Source of the DNA: Coleofasciculus sp. B1-GNL1-01
Lineage (GTDB): Bacteria > Cyanobacteriota > Cyanobacteriia > Cyanobacteriales > Coleofasciculaceae
Reading direction: 5' to 3' (one strand)
DNA length: 64,000 nt
Assembly: GCA_040220235.1 (NCBI GenBank)
Contig: JAVJTO010000011.1
The notes beneath the pieces were generated by a model. The model was given only the letters and a program-made list of their open reading frames with translations. It ran no database searches and was not told the origin of the DNA. Made by a program: the position numbers and the translations under genes. Shown here one piece after another: positions 39,882-49,917 of the stretch. Numbering within the stretch: the stretch's first letter is position 1; each line of letters starts with the position of its first letter.

Positions 39882-41219
39882 ATGATTACTCAGGGGAGTG
39901 TCTCTATGCCAGAATCAAACGCGCCACCCTCGCTGAAACGAGAATTGGATCTCCGAGGTGCTATCCTAGTCGGACTCGGTTCGATGGTGGGAACCGGGGT
40001 ATTTGTCAGTATTGGTATCGCCGCCGGAGTCGCTGGAACATCGGTAATTTTAGCTGTTGCGATCGCAGCCTTACTCGCCGCCTGTAATGGGTTAAGTAGC
40101 GCCCAACTTGCGGCGAATCATTCTGTTAGTGGGGGAACTTATGAATATGGGTATCGCTATCTTACCCCTTGGCTGGGCTTTACGGCGGGTTGGATGTTCC
40201 TGTTGGCGAAAACAGCATCAGCAGCGACGGCGGCTTTGGGGTTTGCGGGTTATTTGTTAAATGCGTTGCGTCTGGATGCGAATCAATGGTTAGTCCCCCT
40301 GGCGCTGGTGACAGTAGTTATCTTGACGCTAATTGTCTTAGGGGGAATTCGCCGTTCTAACCTAACTAACCTAATTATCGTCTCCATTACCCTACTCTCG
40401 CTGATGATCTTTATCATCACGGGTTTACCTCATGTCACCCCTGGGAATTTTATTCCCTTTTTCCCAGACGACACCTCAGATAAACGTGCGATCGCCTCTT
40501 TACTCCATGGCAGTGCTTTAATGTTTGTGGCGTATACTGGCTATGGTCGAATTGCCACATTGGGAGAAGAGGTGCATCAACCGCGACGTACTATCCCGAT
40601 CGCGATTATCTTGACGATGATTGTTACCATGATCCTGTATATGGCAATCGCCGCCGTGGGTGTGGGTTCTGTCGGTGTGGATACCCTTAGCGCCGCTACC
40701 CAATCAAAAGCCGCCCCCTTGGAAGTCGCTTCTCGCCAATTTGGGATTCCTATTGTTCCCCCACTCCTCGCCCTCGGTGCAATGACGGCGATGGTAGGCG
40801 TATTGCTAAACCTGATATTGGGATTATCTCGCGTACTATTGGCTATGGGGCGTCGTCGGGATATGCCAAGGATCGTAGCGCGTCTGAATGCGGCGGGAAC
40901 CACACCCTATATATCAGTGATTTGTATTGGAGTTGCGATCGCGGCGTTGGTTCTGATTGGTAATGTAAAAATAACCTGGTCATTTAGCGCGTTTACCGTT
41001 TTGGTTTATTATGCCCTTACCAACCTGTCTGCCCTACGCCTATCTGCCCAAGAACGACTGTATCCCAAATGGATAGCTGGGGTAGGATTAGCCGGGTGTC
41101 TTGTCTTAGCCTTTTGGGTGGAACAACAAATTTGGTTGGTTGGTCTGGGATTAATTGTAGCCGGATTAGTCTGGAAAACGATAGTATTGCCCTTGGCTTT
41201 AGGGGTACACAATCACTAA
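39882..41219 (+). CDS. APC-family amino acid permease
   Basis: GSMVGTGVF, SGGTYEY, FVAYTGYGRI and EEVHQP; about 12 TM helices. Confidence 0.9.
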   Translation: MITQGSVSMPESNAPPSLKRELDLRGAILVGLGSMVGTGVFVSIGIAAGVAGTSVILAVAIAALLAACNGLSSAQLAANHSVSGGTYEYGYRYLTPWLGFTAGWMFLLAKTASAATAALGFAGYLLNALRLDANQWLVPLALVTVVILTLIVLGGIRRSNLTNLIIVSITLLSLMIFIITGLPHVTPGNFIPFFPDDTSDKRAIASLLHGSALMFVAYTGYGRIATLGEEVHQPRRTIPIAIILTMIVTMILYMAIAAVGVGSVGVDTLSAATQSKAAPLEVASRQFGIPIVPPLLALGAMTAMVGVLLNLILGLSRVLLAMGRRRDMPRIVARLNAAGTTPYISVICIGVAIAALVLIGNVKITWSFSAFTVLVYYALTNLSALRLSAQERLYPKWIAGVGLAGCLVLAFWVEQQIWLVGLGLIVAGLVWKTIVLPLALGVHNH

Positions 41220-41231
41220 CTTAATGCAGCG

Positions 41232-43613
41232 ATGATCGGTGATAAGGTGTCAGTAGGTGAAAGGGGGAAACGATTGTCCGGAGTCACAAAGAGACGCCGA
41301 AGACGAGTCCGGAAAAAATCATCAGCCAACGGCTGTCTGGTAGCATTAGGTACGATCGCCGCATTAATCGCCACGGGTGCGATCGTTACTGGGGGGATAT
41401 GGCTAGGGATTCGCCTCATGATTGATCCGAATGCGGCGATCTGGCTGAATCGCATTTTACCCGGATGGACAAAGATTCCCATCGCTGATGCTTCACCCCC
41501 ACAAACCCTGGCAACTATACGCGACGAATTGCGCCAAAATGGGTTAATCGCGGGAGAACTTGTATCCCTCAATACAGGACAACCCTATCGAGAAACTCCT
41601 ATTCTATTACCCATCTTAAAATCTAAGCCGAACTGTCAAACCAATTGCCAAAAAATTGTCGAACTAAGACTCTATCAACCCATCGAATTTCAGCAAGCTG
41701 AACTTGCTTACCAATTGGTCACTCAGCTTGCTATTAACGAACCGGAAGAATATTTTGTCCTCTCCTCCACCGACGCCATTACTGGAAGTGCCTCTCGTTC
41801 CCTCGCCTTTACTCGATTTAACCGTTTAGAAAATCAAGCCCCCGCCACAGGATTTTGGTTTAACCTCTGGGGAGTTCGTCTCACCAATGAATCCCCGAAA
41901 AGTTATGGACAAATCCTCCATTACAACCCCGAACAAATGCACCTGAGTGTTATGCTGGACTGGCAAAGTCCCACAGATAAACCCCCTTATTGGCAACAAG
42001 TCACCGGGGAATCCACCCCAGAATTAGTGCTTGATCAAACAGTGGGATTAGAACCCAAATTCCAGGTATACCAGGTTCAACCCCGCCAGTTTCTCCTCAA
42101 TCCAATTCAATTAACCGAAATTTCACTAAATACACGGGCTGATGATAGTCCCACCTATCGTAATTCCTTAATGTTAGCCCGGAATGGGTTATGGTCTTGG
42201 GCATATCGACGATTACAAAAAGAACAGAAAAACACGGAGTCGGCGACAGTCCAAGCACAACTAGACGTGATTCGACTTCATGCCCAATTTACCGAAGCCC
42301 AAGCCAACCAAACCTGGGCAAGTCAAGGACAACAAGTTCTCGCCTATCTTATTGATGGACGCTGGACAGATGCTTTACAAGTATTTCAAACCGCCGCCGT
42401 TAATGGTTCCGCCCAAGAGATTGCCAATTTACTCAAAACCGATACCGAGGAATTATGGCGACGGGTAGAAGCTGCCCTCAATATTAGTCCCAACGATCGC
42501 ACCGTAAAAACCTGGGGGGCTTTAATTCTCGCCGCCCAAGAAGGGCGGGCGGAAGCCATTTCGTGGTTGCAGCAACTTCCCCCCCCTGAATCAGAATCCG
42601 ATCAGCCTCAATCTAACAATAATGCCCAAATTTATGCCTACCTGGATTATCTGGATACCGCGTTAGCAGAGGTTCCAGCCATAACCCCTCATTTAAGTCA
42701 AATTGTCGGTACTGCACAATCAGTAGAAACGGTCAAGCCGGAAAATTGGCGACAACCGGAAGCCGGAAATACAGCAACATTTCCCGTCGCTTTAACCGCC
42801 CCAGCTTCAGGATTCCAAAAAGCCCCCCAAGAGGTTTGGTATCAGGTAGAAGTCGCGGCGTTTAATGATGGTCAACGTTGGCGTCAAACACCCTTTACCG
42901 ATTTACAATTGTCCACAGTTGTTGCAACTCAGCGTCTTTGGCAATATCTGGGTTTAGACACTGATCCATACCTGCAAATCGCCGTCTGGTCAGCGGAGGG
43001 ACGCCAGGAGACGATCGTCGCGACGGTTCAAGGGGTGTCCTATCAAGAGGGTGTAATCAAGCTTTTAGCCACCGGACAAGCCTTACCCAATAGAGAAAAT
43101 AGTCGTCCCATGGCATATTCTCAAACGGCGCTGCGCTGGCTAGAACCGGGTTCAATTAGCTTATCCGATTTAAACCAACTGCAACCGCAATGGGTCGCGG
43201 CAATATTACCAACACTGTGGCAGGAATTGGTTAAAAGTGGCAAGCGATCGCCTGAAGTCGAACCCACGATTCCGATGATGCTGCAAGAGATTGGACATTG
43301 GTTAGTCCAGCCTCTGGATTTAACCGGGAACGATGAACCGGAAGCCGTTTTAACCCTGTATGAGGATCTATCGAGTACCAATCAAACCCTGAATATCAAA
43401 CGCCCAGACACGAACACGCAGGAGTATAAACCCCGGACATTAATATTTTCGGAGAAGGGGGCGTTACTCTACAGTGAATTCTCCACCCATGGGAATACAT
43501 CACTGACTGCGATCGCGGATTTGGGGGATGGGGGAACGGCGGCGTTAGTCCTGGCGGGTGAGAATCAGTATAGACTTAAACGTTGGTCAGATCAGCGTAA
43601 ACGTTTTGAGTGA
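41232..43613 (+). CDS. Hypothetical membrane-anchored protein
   Basis: 793-aa ORF with a basic N-terminus and a single TM helix. Confidence 0.75.
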   Translation: MIGDKVSVGERGKRLSGVTKRRRRRVRKKSSANGCLVALGTIAALIATGAIVTGGIWLGIRLMIDPNAAIWLNRILPGWTKIPIADASPPQTLATIRDELRQNGLIAGELVSLNTGQPYRETPILLPILKSKPNCQTNCQKIVELRLYQPIEFQQAELAYQLVTQLAINEPEEYFVLSSTDAITGSASRSLAFTRFNRLENQAPATGFWFNLWGVRLTNESPKSYGQILHYNPEQMHLSVMLDWQSPTDKPPYWQQVTGESTPELVLDQTVGLEPKFQVYQVQPRQFLLNPIQLTEISLNTRADDSPTYRNSLMLARNGLWSWAYRRLQKEQKNTESATVQAQLDVIRLHAQFTEAQANQTWASQGQQVLAYLIDGRWTDALQVFQTAAVNGSAQEIANLLKTDTEELWRRVEAALNISPNDRTVKTWGALILAAQEGRAEAISWLQQLPPPESESDQPQSNNNAQIYAYLDYLDTALAEVPAITPHLSQIVGTAQSVETVKPENWRQPEAGNTATFPVALTAPASGFQKAPQEVWYQVEVAAFNDGQRWRQTPFTDLQLSTVVATQRLWQYLGLDTDPYLQIAVWSAEGRQETIVATVQGVSYQEGVIKLLATGQALPNRENSRPMAYSQTALRWLEPGSISLSDLNQLQPQWVAAILPTLWQELVKSGKRSPEVEPTIPMMLQEIGHWLVQPLDLTGNDEPEAVLTLYEDLSSTNQTLNIKRPDTNTQEYKPRTLIFSEKGALLYSEFSTHGNTSLTAIADLGDGGTAALVLAGENQYRLKRWSDQRKRFE

Positions 43614-43789
43614 AGGAAGATTGATTATCTTTAGGACTTACACAAAGGCTCTATCTGTAGGGTGTGTTAGCGTAGCGTAACGCATCTTAACCTATTTGGC
43701 ACAATAAAACATAACTAATATTATTACCTCTCTATGACGACCACCGTACAAAACGCCAATCGCCAATCATCAGAGAAAAGAAAACAGTA

Positions 43790-43879
43790 CTGTATTAACT
43801 TTTGTAAACCGTCCTCAAACCTTTACTGTTCCCTGTTCCCTGCTCTCAACCGTTAACTTTAATTGTGTCCACCTACTTA
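43790..43879 (-). mobile_element. MITE family B, partial copy
   Basis: Reverse complement TAAGTAGGTGGA..ATTAAAGTTAACGGTTGAGA..AGG.AACAGG.AACAGTAA.GGTTTGAGG matches 54336-54403. Confidence 0.75.
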
Positions 43880-44017
43880 TGCACCGTACTTACTATTGCA
43901 CGACCTGAATATCAAGACTTTCCCATACAGAACCATCTTCAGACTAAGAGTATAGATGAGTTCGTTTTTAGACATAAGCATTGCTTAAGGTTGTAAATTC
44001 GGGTTTCTTACCTCCGT

Positions 44018-44145
44018 TAAGCTGTCATGCATTTAAATTGGGTATTAGTAGCGAGCAAGAGGCAAAGCCTGCGGCATGGCTTCGCTTAACGCACTACAAG
44101 GCTTTCGCCATTATTGATATTAAGGTTTAAATGCCGAACAGCTTA
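44018..44145. mobile_element. MITE family A, copy 3 (128 bp, with a 30-nt replacement inside the internal hairpin)
   Basis: Same termini as copies 1 and 2; TGCTC is replaced by GGCAAAGCCTGCGGCATGGCTTCGCTTAAC. Confidence 0.9.
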
Positions 44146-44399
44146 TGATTCAGTCCGCGTAGGCGGACTTTGTTTGTGTAGCAGCGATTTTAATCGCCAT
44201 GGCAAAAAGTTCGCTACAATCGCCAGATTTAGCCAAGGGAGTAGTCAACCAATACAAAGACTATGGATGTAGCAAAACCCGTCCTTTCTTACCTCCCCCA
44301 TTATAGGTAGAGTCGTATATACAGCTACAGAAAGATGATTTTTAAGAATCCCTTTGATTTGCTAGTAGACGTGACCAAAATAATTCACGGAAAATAATC

Positions 44400-44645
44400 A
44401 TGCCTTATCAAAACATCGAAGAATTACCAAACGACGTAAAAGAACAACTTCCTCAAGGCGCCCAACAGATTTTCTGTGCTGCCTATAATAGCGCATCTCG
44501 CGATGGACTCAATGATAACCAAGCCCATCAAGTTGCGTGGAATTCGGTTAAAAACAGCTACCAACAGGGTGAACATGGTCAATGGCAGCACAAAGCCGAA
44601 GGTGGTGCTGGTAGTACCTTTACAGGTACGATGCCTGGTGCCTAA
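44400..44645 (+). CDS. chaB: ChaB family protein
   Basis: MPYQNIEELP..V...LP..AQ.IF..AYNSA..AHQVAW..VK..Y...G.W. Confidence 0.88.
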   Translation: MPYQNIEELPNDVKEQLPQGAQQIFCAAYNSASRDGLNDNQAHQVAWNSVKNSYQQGEHGQWQHKAEGGAGSTFTGTMPGA

Positions 44646-44824
44646 TTACCTATAATTCCTACTTATAGGATATAGGAGCGAATAGGATATAGGAGCGAAG
44701 CATTTGGACAATAGCTGAGGAGCAAAAACTCAGAGTCTATGCCAATGTTTCGTTCTTCTCCGTAAGGAGTTTTGGGTTGGGTTGCAGCAACGAAACCCAA
44801 CCTATCTTTTACTGAACCGATGCT

Positions 44825-45628
44825 CTAATCAGCACTGGCTACCAAGCCATTTCCACTACCCACATATTTAATCACTTCAACGCCATTTTGTTCCAAAATC
44901 ACTAACGGTTCCTGATTGTCACCTAATTCAATACGCTTCACCTTTACTGCGCCATTCAACAAAGAATCCCCCGCCCGCACATAGCGACTGGTTGTGTTCG
45001 CTGACGCCTTGACAATTGCATTCCATTGTCCCTCAAGTTGCATCACACCACTCACTTTTACCGCATCAGCCAGTTCAGTAGAAGGGGGAGGCGTTTCCTC
45101 AATAACGGTTATCTCGCTAGGCGCTGGAGACGTTTGAGGCTTGGGTGCTTGAGTTTTAGGGGCTGGGGTTTCAGGTGATTTTTCTTTGGCGGTGGGAGTG
45201 GCAGAGGATTGAGTCGGGGAGGGTTGGTTTTTAGGTTCTGAAGTTGGAGAAGGTTGAGTTTTGGCTGGAGTTTCAGACGCTTTAGGCTGGGAGGGCTGCG
45301 TTTTGGCGGGTTGAGGCTGAGTCGGTGGAGTTGTGCTTTTCGGAGTCGATTGTTGATTCGGTGCAACCTTAACCGTACTAAACGGATCTTGACGCGCTTT
45401 AGCAACAGGTATCTCAATCAATCGACTCGACGGAATCAGTCCGGCTGGCGGTGGAGGAACTACAGTTTTGCTAGGATTGTTGCCGATTGCAGCTTCAGGT
45501 TGTGTCGGGGCTGTTGCTACAGACGGTTCAGGTTGTGGGGTTTGACTGACTTGGTTATTTTGACGGGTGCAGCTACTGACGAGCAGAGCAACTGCACCTA
45601 AACCAACGATCCACCGCAGCTTATTCAT
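44825..45628 (-). CDS. Pro/Thr-rich lipoprotein, possibly PilP-like
   Basis: Lipobox LVSSC, RQDPF, and the C-terminal V.VSGV..AIV..SRYVRAGD..V.VKRI..VILEQNG. Confidence 0.65.
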   Translation of the reverse strand: MNKLRWIVGLGAVALLVSSCTRQNNQVSQTPQPEPSVATAPTQPEAAIGNNPSKTVVPPPPAGLIPSSRLIEIPVAKARQDPFSTVKVAPNQQSTPKSTTPPTQPQPAKTQPSQPKASETPAKTQPSPTSEPKNQPSPTQSSATPTAKEKSPETPAPKTQAPKPQTSPAPSEITVIEETPPPSTELADAVKVSGVMQLEGQWNAIVKASANTTSRYVRAGDSLLNGAVKVKRIELGDNQEPLVILEQNGVEVIKYVGSGNGLVASAD

Positions 45629-45740
45629 GGCGATTACCTGAGTTCTCTTTCTTTAGAATAGCCTTTCTTGAGATGGAAATCTCTTACTTTCAGCTTAAGC
45701 GATCGCACTCAGCTTAGGGTATTATTTGGCGATATCTCGG

Positions 45741-46007
45741 CTATAAACCAACCAAATCAGCATCAACGCCTCTATTGTCAAATCCTGTCAGATAGCATAC
45801 ATCAGCCGTTTCAGAATAGCTGGAGTTGGAGAACTCTTGAGGTGTGGCTTTGTTCTCAACGTCAGTTTTCTGGTGACTGGGTAAACCACTTTGTAATTCC
45901 AGAGCGATCGCGATCCACTCGGATAGAGAAACACCCACGCTGTCAGCTTGTCGCTTCAAGGCTGCATATACTTCATCACTCAGTTCTAGCTTGACAACTT
46001 GGCTCAC
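45741..46007 (-). CDS. Orphan RHH-type antitoxin-like protein
   Basis: LELSDEVYAALKRQA...TGFDNRGVDADL resembles antitoxins found upstream of PIN toxins; no toxin gene follows. Confidence 0.55.
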   Translation of the reverse strand: MSQVVKLELSDEVYAALKRQADSVGVSLSEWIAIALELQSGLPSHQKTDVENKATPQEFSNSSYSETADVCYLTGFDNRGVDADLVGL

Positions 46008-46175
46008 GGCTATGTCCCTCAACGATTGCTATGTAACCCTAGAGTAACATTTCCAAAAACTTCATGACTTGGATTGATACCCTGCTTTTGCTATCTGAAA
46101 TTTTTCCTAGACGGCGTTTAAATTTAGTGGTGGTTGCAGGGTGGTAATTTGGGTAACTTGCTCTGTTGGGTTTCC

Positions 46176-46272
46176 TACTGGTGTGACACAGCTAAAATTG
46201 TGGATTAGATTTGACGTTTAACCCTGAGCGAAGTCGAAGGGTTAAACCGGGCGCAAGTCTTTGCGCCCCTAC
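46176..46272 (+). repeat. TA-ended element plus REP; inverted homolog at 33989-34055
   Basis: TACTGG..TGACACAGCTAAAATT...GGTTAAA..GGGCGCA..TGCGCCCCTAC in both; this copy has an extra hairpin insert. Confidence 0.72.
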
Positions 46273-46442
46273 AGTTTCCGGGCTAATAGTTAATTCATCA
46301 AATAAGGTGTGCCACGCCAGTACAGCAATGGTACAGCCGTGCGCGATCGCCCTAAATAAATTATTGCTGAACTTATTTCAACGTCTTGATTGACTTTACA
46401 CAGAAATATAAAGTCTAAACAGTTTACTGGATAAAAATAATT

Positions 46443-46494
46443 AGTCGGTTTTAACCGACTTGAGCTATAAGCCAAGAACTTGAGTTCTTGGCGG
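46443..46494 (+). repeat. Right-half relative of the multi-hairpin repeat
   Basis: AGTCGGTTTTAACCGACT-TGAGCTAT-AAGCCAAGAACTTGAGTTCTTGGC has the same layout as 17179-17230. Confidence 0.65.
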
Positions 46495-46512
46495 CTGGTA
46501 ACATGGGCTTAC

Positions 46513-47154
46513 TCAAGCTTGAAACTGGGACAACAACCAAGCGCTCACTTTACCATGATTCATTTGCCGACTACGCCGAAAGGCTTCTTCCAATAGAGCA
46601 ATCTCTAAACCAGGAAACACCTGAGACTGGTAAATTCGCCGACTCCCGCCATTTTGAATCTCAAAGGCGATAACCTGAACATTTTTTACATCAATAATCC
46701 AATACTCCCGAACTCCCAAGGATTCGTAGAGGAGACGTTTCTCTCCTTTGTCATCGGCTAAAGAAGAATAGGCAACTTCAATAACTAAATCCGGGGGTGG
46801 GTAGGTATCGAGATTGATAATCGTCGCTTCCCAAGGTACTGTTTCCGCCTTATCACCGACATAAAACGAGACATCCGGTTGGGCTTCCTCACAGCCTGTC
46901 TTACGATACGTGCAGTTATCATGACCATCAATGTCAATGTCTCGAATACTGGCAAAGAGGGCAATCGCAGCAATAACAATGAAATGGTCGCGGGAATGGG
47001 GGTTACCAAGTGGAGACATCTCTAGCCTCATGCATCCGTTATAGTAGTAGCCTTTCGCTTTTTCATAAGCTGGATCACTGATTGCCTGAAGGTATTCGTC
47101 CCAAGTCGCATTGACCCAGGTATCGGTTGGTAGTTTGGCTTGCAGTTGACTCAT
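46513..47154 (-). CDS. Uma2 (DUF820) family protein
   Basis: AQPDVSFY, PPDLVIEVA and YESLGVREYWIID. Confidence 0.9.
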   Translation of the reverse strand: MSQLQAKLPTDTWVNATWDEYLQAISDPAYEKAKGYYYNGCMRLEMSPLGNPHSRDHFIVIAAIALFASIRDIDIDGHDNCTYRKTGCEEAQPDVSFYVGDKAETVPWEATIINLDTYPPPDLVIEVAYSSLADDKGEKRLLYESLGVREYWIIDVKNVQVIAFEIQNGGSRRIYQSQVFPGLEIALLEEAFRRSRQMNHGKVSAWLLSQFQA

Positions 47155-47207
47155 GACGACCTTGCTGATGGCTAGCGATCGCTAATATTGTAACTAAATC
47201 CCAAAAA

Positions 47208-47232
47208 CCCCGACTTCTTCAAGAAATCGGGG
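47208..47232. repeat. CCCCGACTTC..TCGGGG hairpin (terminator or dispersed repeat; relative at 54495-54526)
   Basis: Inverted repeat just downstream of desA; a similar hairpin lies between convergent genes at 54.5 kb. Confidence 0.6.
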
Positions 47233-47268
47233 ATCTCATCTAATTCACATTACCGTGACAATACCGGA

Positions 47269-48333
47269 TTATTTGTCTCCAGCCATGGCTTGTCGATAGT
47301 CTTTAAACGACTGATAGCACTCCTGTTGACTATAGAGGTGACATTGGTCGGTAATCTGTTTCATCAACGACCAAGAAAAACGGCATTCGCGCAATTCATC
47401 TCCCCAATTTTCCTTAAGAATCCGATGCGCTAACCGCAAATTATAGGACGGAATCGCACTGGAAACGTGATGGGGAATGTGAACATTAATATCGTGGCAG
47501 AGAAACTCTATCCAACGGGGATAATCACAATGAACCGAACCAAATAATTGAGCCTCAGCTTCATTCCACTCTGGTTCTGGGGTAAAGGGAATATCGGGTG
47601 CTGTATGGTGAACAATGGTAAACGTACTCATCCAGAAATGGTAAACAACCCAGGGAAGTAGCCAGAATTTGACGACTCCCCATACACCTACTGTGGCAAA
47701 GAGTAAGGGAAATGCAACAGCAGCAAAACCGATAACCAACAACGCGGAAAACTTGACTTGAGAACGCTGTTTTCCCTGGAAATTACCCCAGTTAAAATGC
47801 AGTAATGCCCAGTGGAACATCGAACCAATCCACCACAATCGACCTCGTGTTAGTTGGTAAAACAACTTAACTAAAATAGGGTGGCTGGCATAATACTCTA
47901 TAGTAAAAGGCTGCCATGCATTATCTTCGCCAAGCTTATTCGTGTGGGCGTGATGGTGGTTATGGAGAATGCGCCAGCTATGAAAGGGATAAAGTAAAGG
48001 TAAAAATGCCAGGTGTCCCACCAAATCATTCACCCAACGGCGATTGGCAAAGGAACGATGACCACAATCATGACCGATCACAAAAAAGCCAGTCAATGCT
48101 GTACCAGTGAAAATCCATAATAGCGGTAAACAAAACCAGGGCGCGATCGCTAAACCCCCATAGCCTAGACTTACCATTACAATACTCACCAGAACCACTG
48201 TCCAGGCTTTGCGACGGTTTTTCACAAACACTTCACGCGGTAACGTTCGCAAAATGTCTCTTAACCGTAAGGTCGTTGTAACCCTTGTCAATGAGTAATC
48301 AGGACTTTGTTCTTTGATTGTCGATATAGTCAT
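47269..48333 (-). CDS. desA: Delta-12 acyl-lipid desaturase
   Basis: His boxes HDCGH, HNHHH and [13 protein letters not shown]. Confidence 0.93.
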   Translation of the reverse strand: MTISTIKEQSPDYSLTRVTTTLRLRDILRTLPREVFVKNRRKAWTVVLVSIVMVSLGYGGLAIAPWFCLPLLWIFTGTALTGFFVIGHDCGHRSFANRRWVNDLVGHLAFLPLLYPFHSWRILHNHHHAHTNKLGEDNAWQPFTIEYYASHPILVKLFYQLTRGRLWWIGSMFHWALLHFNWGNFQGKQRSQVKFSALLVIGFAAVAFPLLFATVGVWGVVKFWLLPWVVYHFWMSTFTIVHHTAPDIPFTPEPEWNEAEAQLFGSVHCDYPRWIEFLCHDINVHIPHHVSSAIPSYNLRLAHRILKENWGDELRECRFSWSLMKQITDQCHLYSQQECYQSFKDYRQAMAGDK

Positions 48334-48528
48334 GAAAGAATTTAATACATGAGATGTTGATGAATTGCGGATAGTCAGGCAAAAAAAACACTGCCTAGCC
48401 GTCCATTACTGGCAGAGAGAAGGGTATCTCCTTGTGCTTATCCGTCAGAGTTGGCAAAACTTAGCACCCCAAGAATGAGTTCTGGGGTGCAAAAACAGCA
48501 TGAATCAAACCAAACACTACTGTTCCCC

Positions 48529-48777
48529 TTAATTATTGGCGTCGGATTGCGCCGCAGCCAACCGTTGTTTTTGGAGGATTTGGAGCTGCTGCAATAGTGA
48601 ATCTACTTCTGCTTGCAAATGTAGATACTTGACTTGCTGATCAGCCTGGTAAATCGACTTCATTAATTTTATCAGGCGTTGGTCACTCGTGCTGGTTACC
48701 ATCCCGCGATCGCTCTCGGTTGCAGCTTCCCGATTCGGGTTTGGTGGACAGACTACACTAGATGAACGATTTAGCAT
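48529..48777 (-). CDS. Small hypothetical protein upstream of desA
   Basis: 82-aa ORF with a helical YQADQQVKYLHLQAEVDSLLQQLQ segment; same strand as desA. Confidence 0.6.
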   Translation of the reverse strand: MLNRSSSVVCPPNPNREAATESDRGMVTSTSDQRLIKLMKSIYQADQQVKYLHLQAEVDSLLQQLQILQKQRLAAAQSDANN

Positions 48778-49116
48778 TCGTTAAATAGTTATTTTTACTT
48801 ACTCACACCACAGGCTATTGTATCCTGAACATCAAGTTTTGTTGCATCATATAGGTCAATTTTATGACTGGCTGAGTCATTCATTATGAAAGCCAACAGA
48901 CTTGATAGGCTGGAACCCCCATCTGTCAAGTGTTTTCCTCTCGCTAGGCGAATAGGGTTAGCCGGGATGGGAAGTCAGCTTTGACCGTGATAACACAACC
49001 CTTTAGTATAAACCAGGAATCAGTTTTTTGACTCGCTGCTGATAGTCGGTGTATTCGGGATACTTCTGAGTTAACCCGGTTTCTTCCCATCTGGCTTGGA
49101 AAAATCAACCTCAAAC

Positions 49117-49785
49117 CTAACCCCCTTCCCTCTGTTTATTGTCTTGACGTTGGGCGATGACAGCATAGAAGGGATCACCCCCACCAACCCCTAGCATCTG
49201 AAACAAACTGGGAACCGGAGAAGAACGGGCAATCACTTCTGGGGAACTAAATCCGGGTACCGACTGAAAATAACGCTTGACAAGTTGCACACGACTGGCT
49301 TCAGTTCCGTCTCGCCATGCCGCGATCGCTTTTTGGAAGAACATGCGGTTAGAAAAGCTGATAATGGCGATACCGCCAGGTTTGAGGATGCGGTGAATCT
49401 CCTGAAACACGGCATCAGGGTATTGGAGGTACTGAATCGAGACACAGTTGAGAACCGCATCAAACTCTTGGTCTGGCAAAGGTAACTGAGGATTTTTATT
49501 CAGATTGTGGACAAAGTAATGGTTTAATTGGGGATTGCGTGCCAGTTCCTGTTCATTCATCCCGTGTCCCTCAACATGGGCGAATTCCATGTCATCGGGC
49601 AAGTGGGATACATGACTACTCATCATATCCAGGATGCGAGTATGGGGTTGCAGGCGTTCTCTATAGAGTTGAGTAAGTTGATCCAGAAACCCAGCATCAA
49701 CATGGGTGACAAAGCGAGGGAAGGAGTAAAACAGGGTATCGTCGGTATCGTCTAGTTTCGTCCGTTGGTTAGATTGCAGCAGCAT
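49117..49785 (-). CDS. Class I SAM-dependent methyltransferase
   Basis: PRFVTHVD, ILDMMSS, RILKPGG and SFSNRMF. Confidence 0.88.
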   Translation of the reverse strand: MLLQSNQRTKLDDTDDTLFYSFPRFVTHVDAGFLDQLTQLYRERLQPHTRILDMMSSHVSHLPDDMEFAHVEGHGMNEQELARNPQLNHYFVHNLNKNPQLPLPDQEFDAVLNCVSIQYLQYPDAVFQEIHRILKPGGIAIISFSNRMFFQKAIAAWRDGTEASRVQLVKRYFQSVPGFSSPEVIARSSPVPSLFQMLGVGGGDPFYAVIAQRQDNKQREGG

Positions 49786-49851
49786 AGTCGTTAGCGGAAA
49801 ATAGGATGCTATCTTTTAGTTTAAGAAAAATTACGGAATGTTAAGGATACG

Positions 49852-49916
49852 TTGATTGTTGATGGTTCATTGTTGATTGCTATAAACCATGAACCATGAA
49901 CCATGCACCATGCACC
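49852..49916. repeat. Heptamer short tandem repeats (STRR-type); others at about 5322-5345, 6367-6389, 37230-37260 and 51901-51942
   Basis: GTTGATT/GTTGATG and AACCATG units in tandem. Confidence 0.8.
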
Positions 49917-49917
49917 C

